This document shows positions 63,815-64,000 of a stretch of 64,000 nucleotides of DNA, piece by piece. Both the position numbers and the translations under genes were made by a program. Location of the stretch: positions 8,232-72,231 of the forward strand of contig JAHQYN010000004.1 of the NCBI GenBank assembly GCA_024421085.1. The letters run 5' to 3'. The number at the start of each line of letters is the position of its first letter. Position 1 is the first letter of the stretch. Source of the stretch: Acidimicrobiia bacterium (GTDB taxonomy: Bacteria; Actinomycetota; Acidimicrobiia; Acidimicrobiales; Aldehydirespiratoraceae). The notes beneath the pieces were generated by a model. That model was not told the DNA's origin, made no database searches, and saw only the letters and a list, made by a program, of their open reading frames with translations.

Positions 63815-63854
63815 TTGACCATCCTTGTGGAAAAACCTCACAAAATACAATTTG

Positions 63855-63888
63855 GAAGTTTATTGGATGATACTATAGCGGATCAAGC
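63855..63888 (-). promoter_or_regulatory. Possible sigma70-type promoter (TTGATC-N18-TAAACT) in the AT-rich stretch upstream of the ATPase/RloB pair
   Basis: RC of 63881-63886 is TTGATC and RC of 63857-63862 is TAAACT. The surrounding roughly 70 bp are strikingly AT-rich for this genome. Confidence 0.3.
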
Positions 63889-64000
63889 GAGAAAAAGTCC
63901 CGTGAATCACGATTAGAGGCTCTTCGCGTTCGAGGTCGGGGTCGGTGGGGTGAGAGTCCACGCCTGAACGCGAGGGATGGCAAGCTCTATCGGTGGTTGC

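Noticed and set aside
1-64000. Search for a transposase, integrase, IS ends, a prophage or a toxin-antitoxin pair that would define a mobile element around the two lower-G+C patches
   Set aside because: No ORF with recognisable DDE, tyrosine- or serine-recombinase motifs was seen, and no inverted terminal repeats. The island borders cannot be defined within this window.

Overview
High-G+C, actinobacterial-type chromosomal segment. Bpa, MtrAB-LpqB, DivIVA/SepF, DUF3040 and Ppm1 point to Actinomycetota; the exact taxon cannot be determined from this window. Almost everything is encoded on the minus strand in very compact operons, where stop and start codons overlap by 1-4 nt. Layout: (i) 1-5.2 kb is a visibly lower-G+C accessory patch. 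It holds two paralogous secreted dockerin/EF-hand-tailed proteins flanking an orphan P-loop/wHTH ATPase, a DUF4143 ATPase and a heptad-repeat membrane protein. (ii) 5.7-17.8 kb is one long purine operon, purS-S-L / purQ / purC / [400-bp minisatellite] / purE / purK / purF / purD / purM / purN, with menA translationally coupled at its end. (iii) 17.8-29.8 kb holds a thiolase/DUF35 pair, a nitroreductase, dnaE, bpa, an Rrf2 regulator, rluD and a histone-H1-like/DksA chimera. (iv) 29.9-48.4 kb is a complete division/cell-wall block, mraZ-rsmH-ftsL-ftsI-murE-mraY-murD-ftsW-murG-murC-murB-ftsQ-ftsZ-pgeF-yggS-sepF-divIVA, with no murF. (v) 48.7-61.5 kb holds a lipoate-ligase-like gene, an HNH endonuclease, a ROK kinase, moxR-DUF58-transglutaminase, DUF3040, ppm1, mtrA-mtrB-lpqB-like and pfk. 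(vi) 61.9-63.9 kb is a lower-G+C two-gene AAA-ATPase + RloB (AbiL-like) putative anti-phage module with an AT-rich promoter. The most unusual property of the window is a dense population of minisatellites (unit 15-88 bp) sitting on or next to gene junctions. The clearest case is a 4 x 59-bp amplification of the murG-stop/murC-start GTGA junction, which creates a relay of three 20-codon mini-ORFs. No rRNA, tRNA, CRISPR array, transposase or integrase was recognised.
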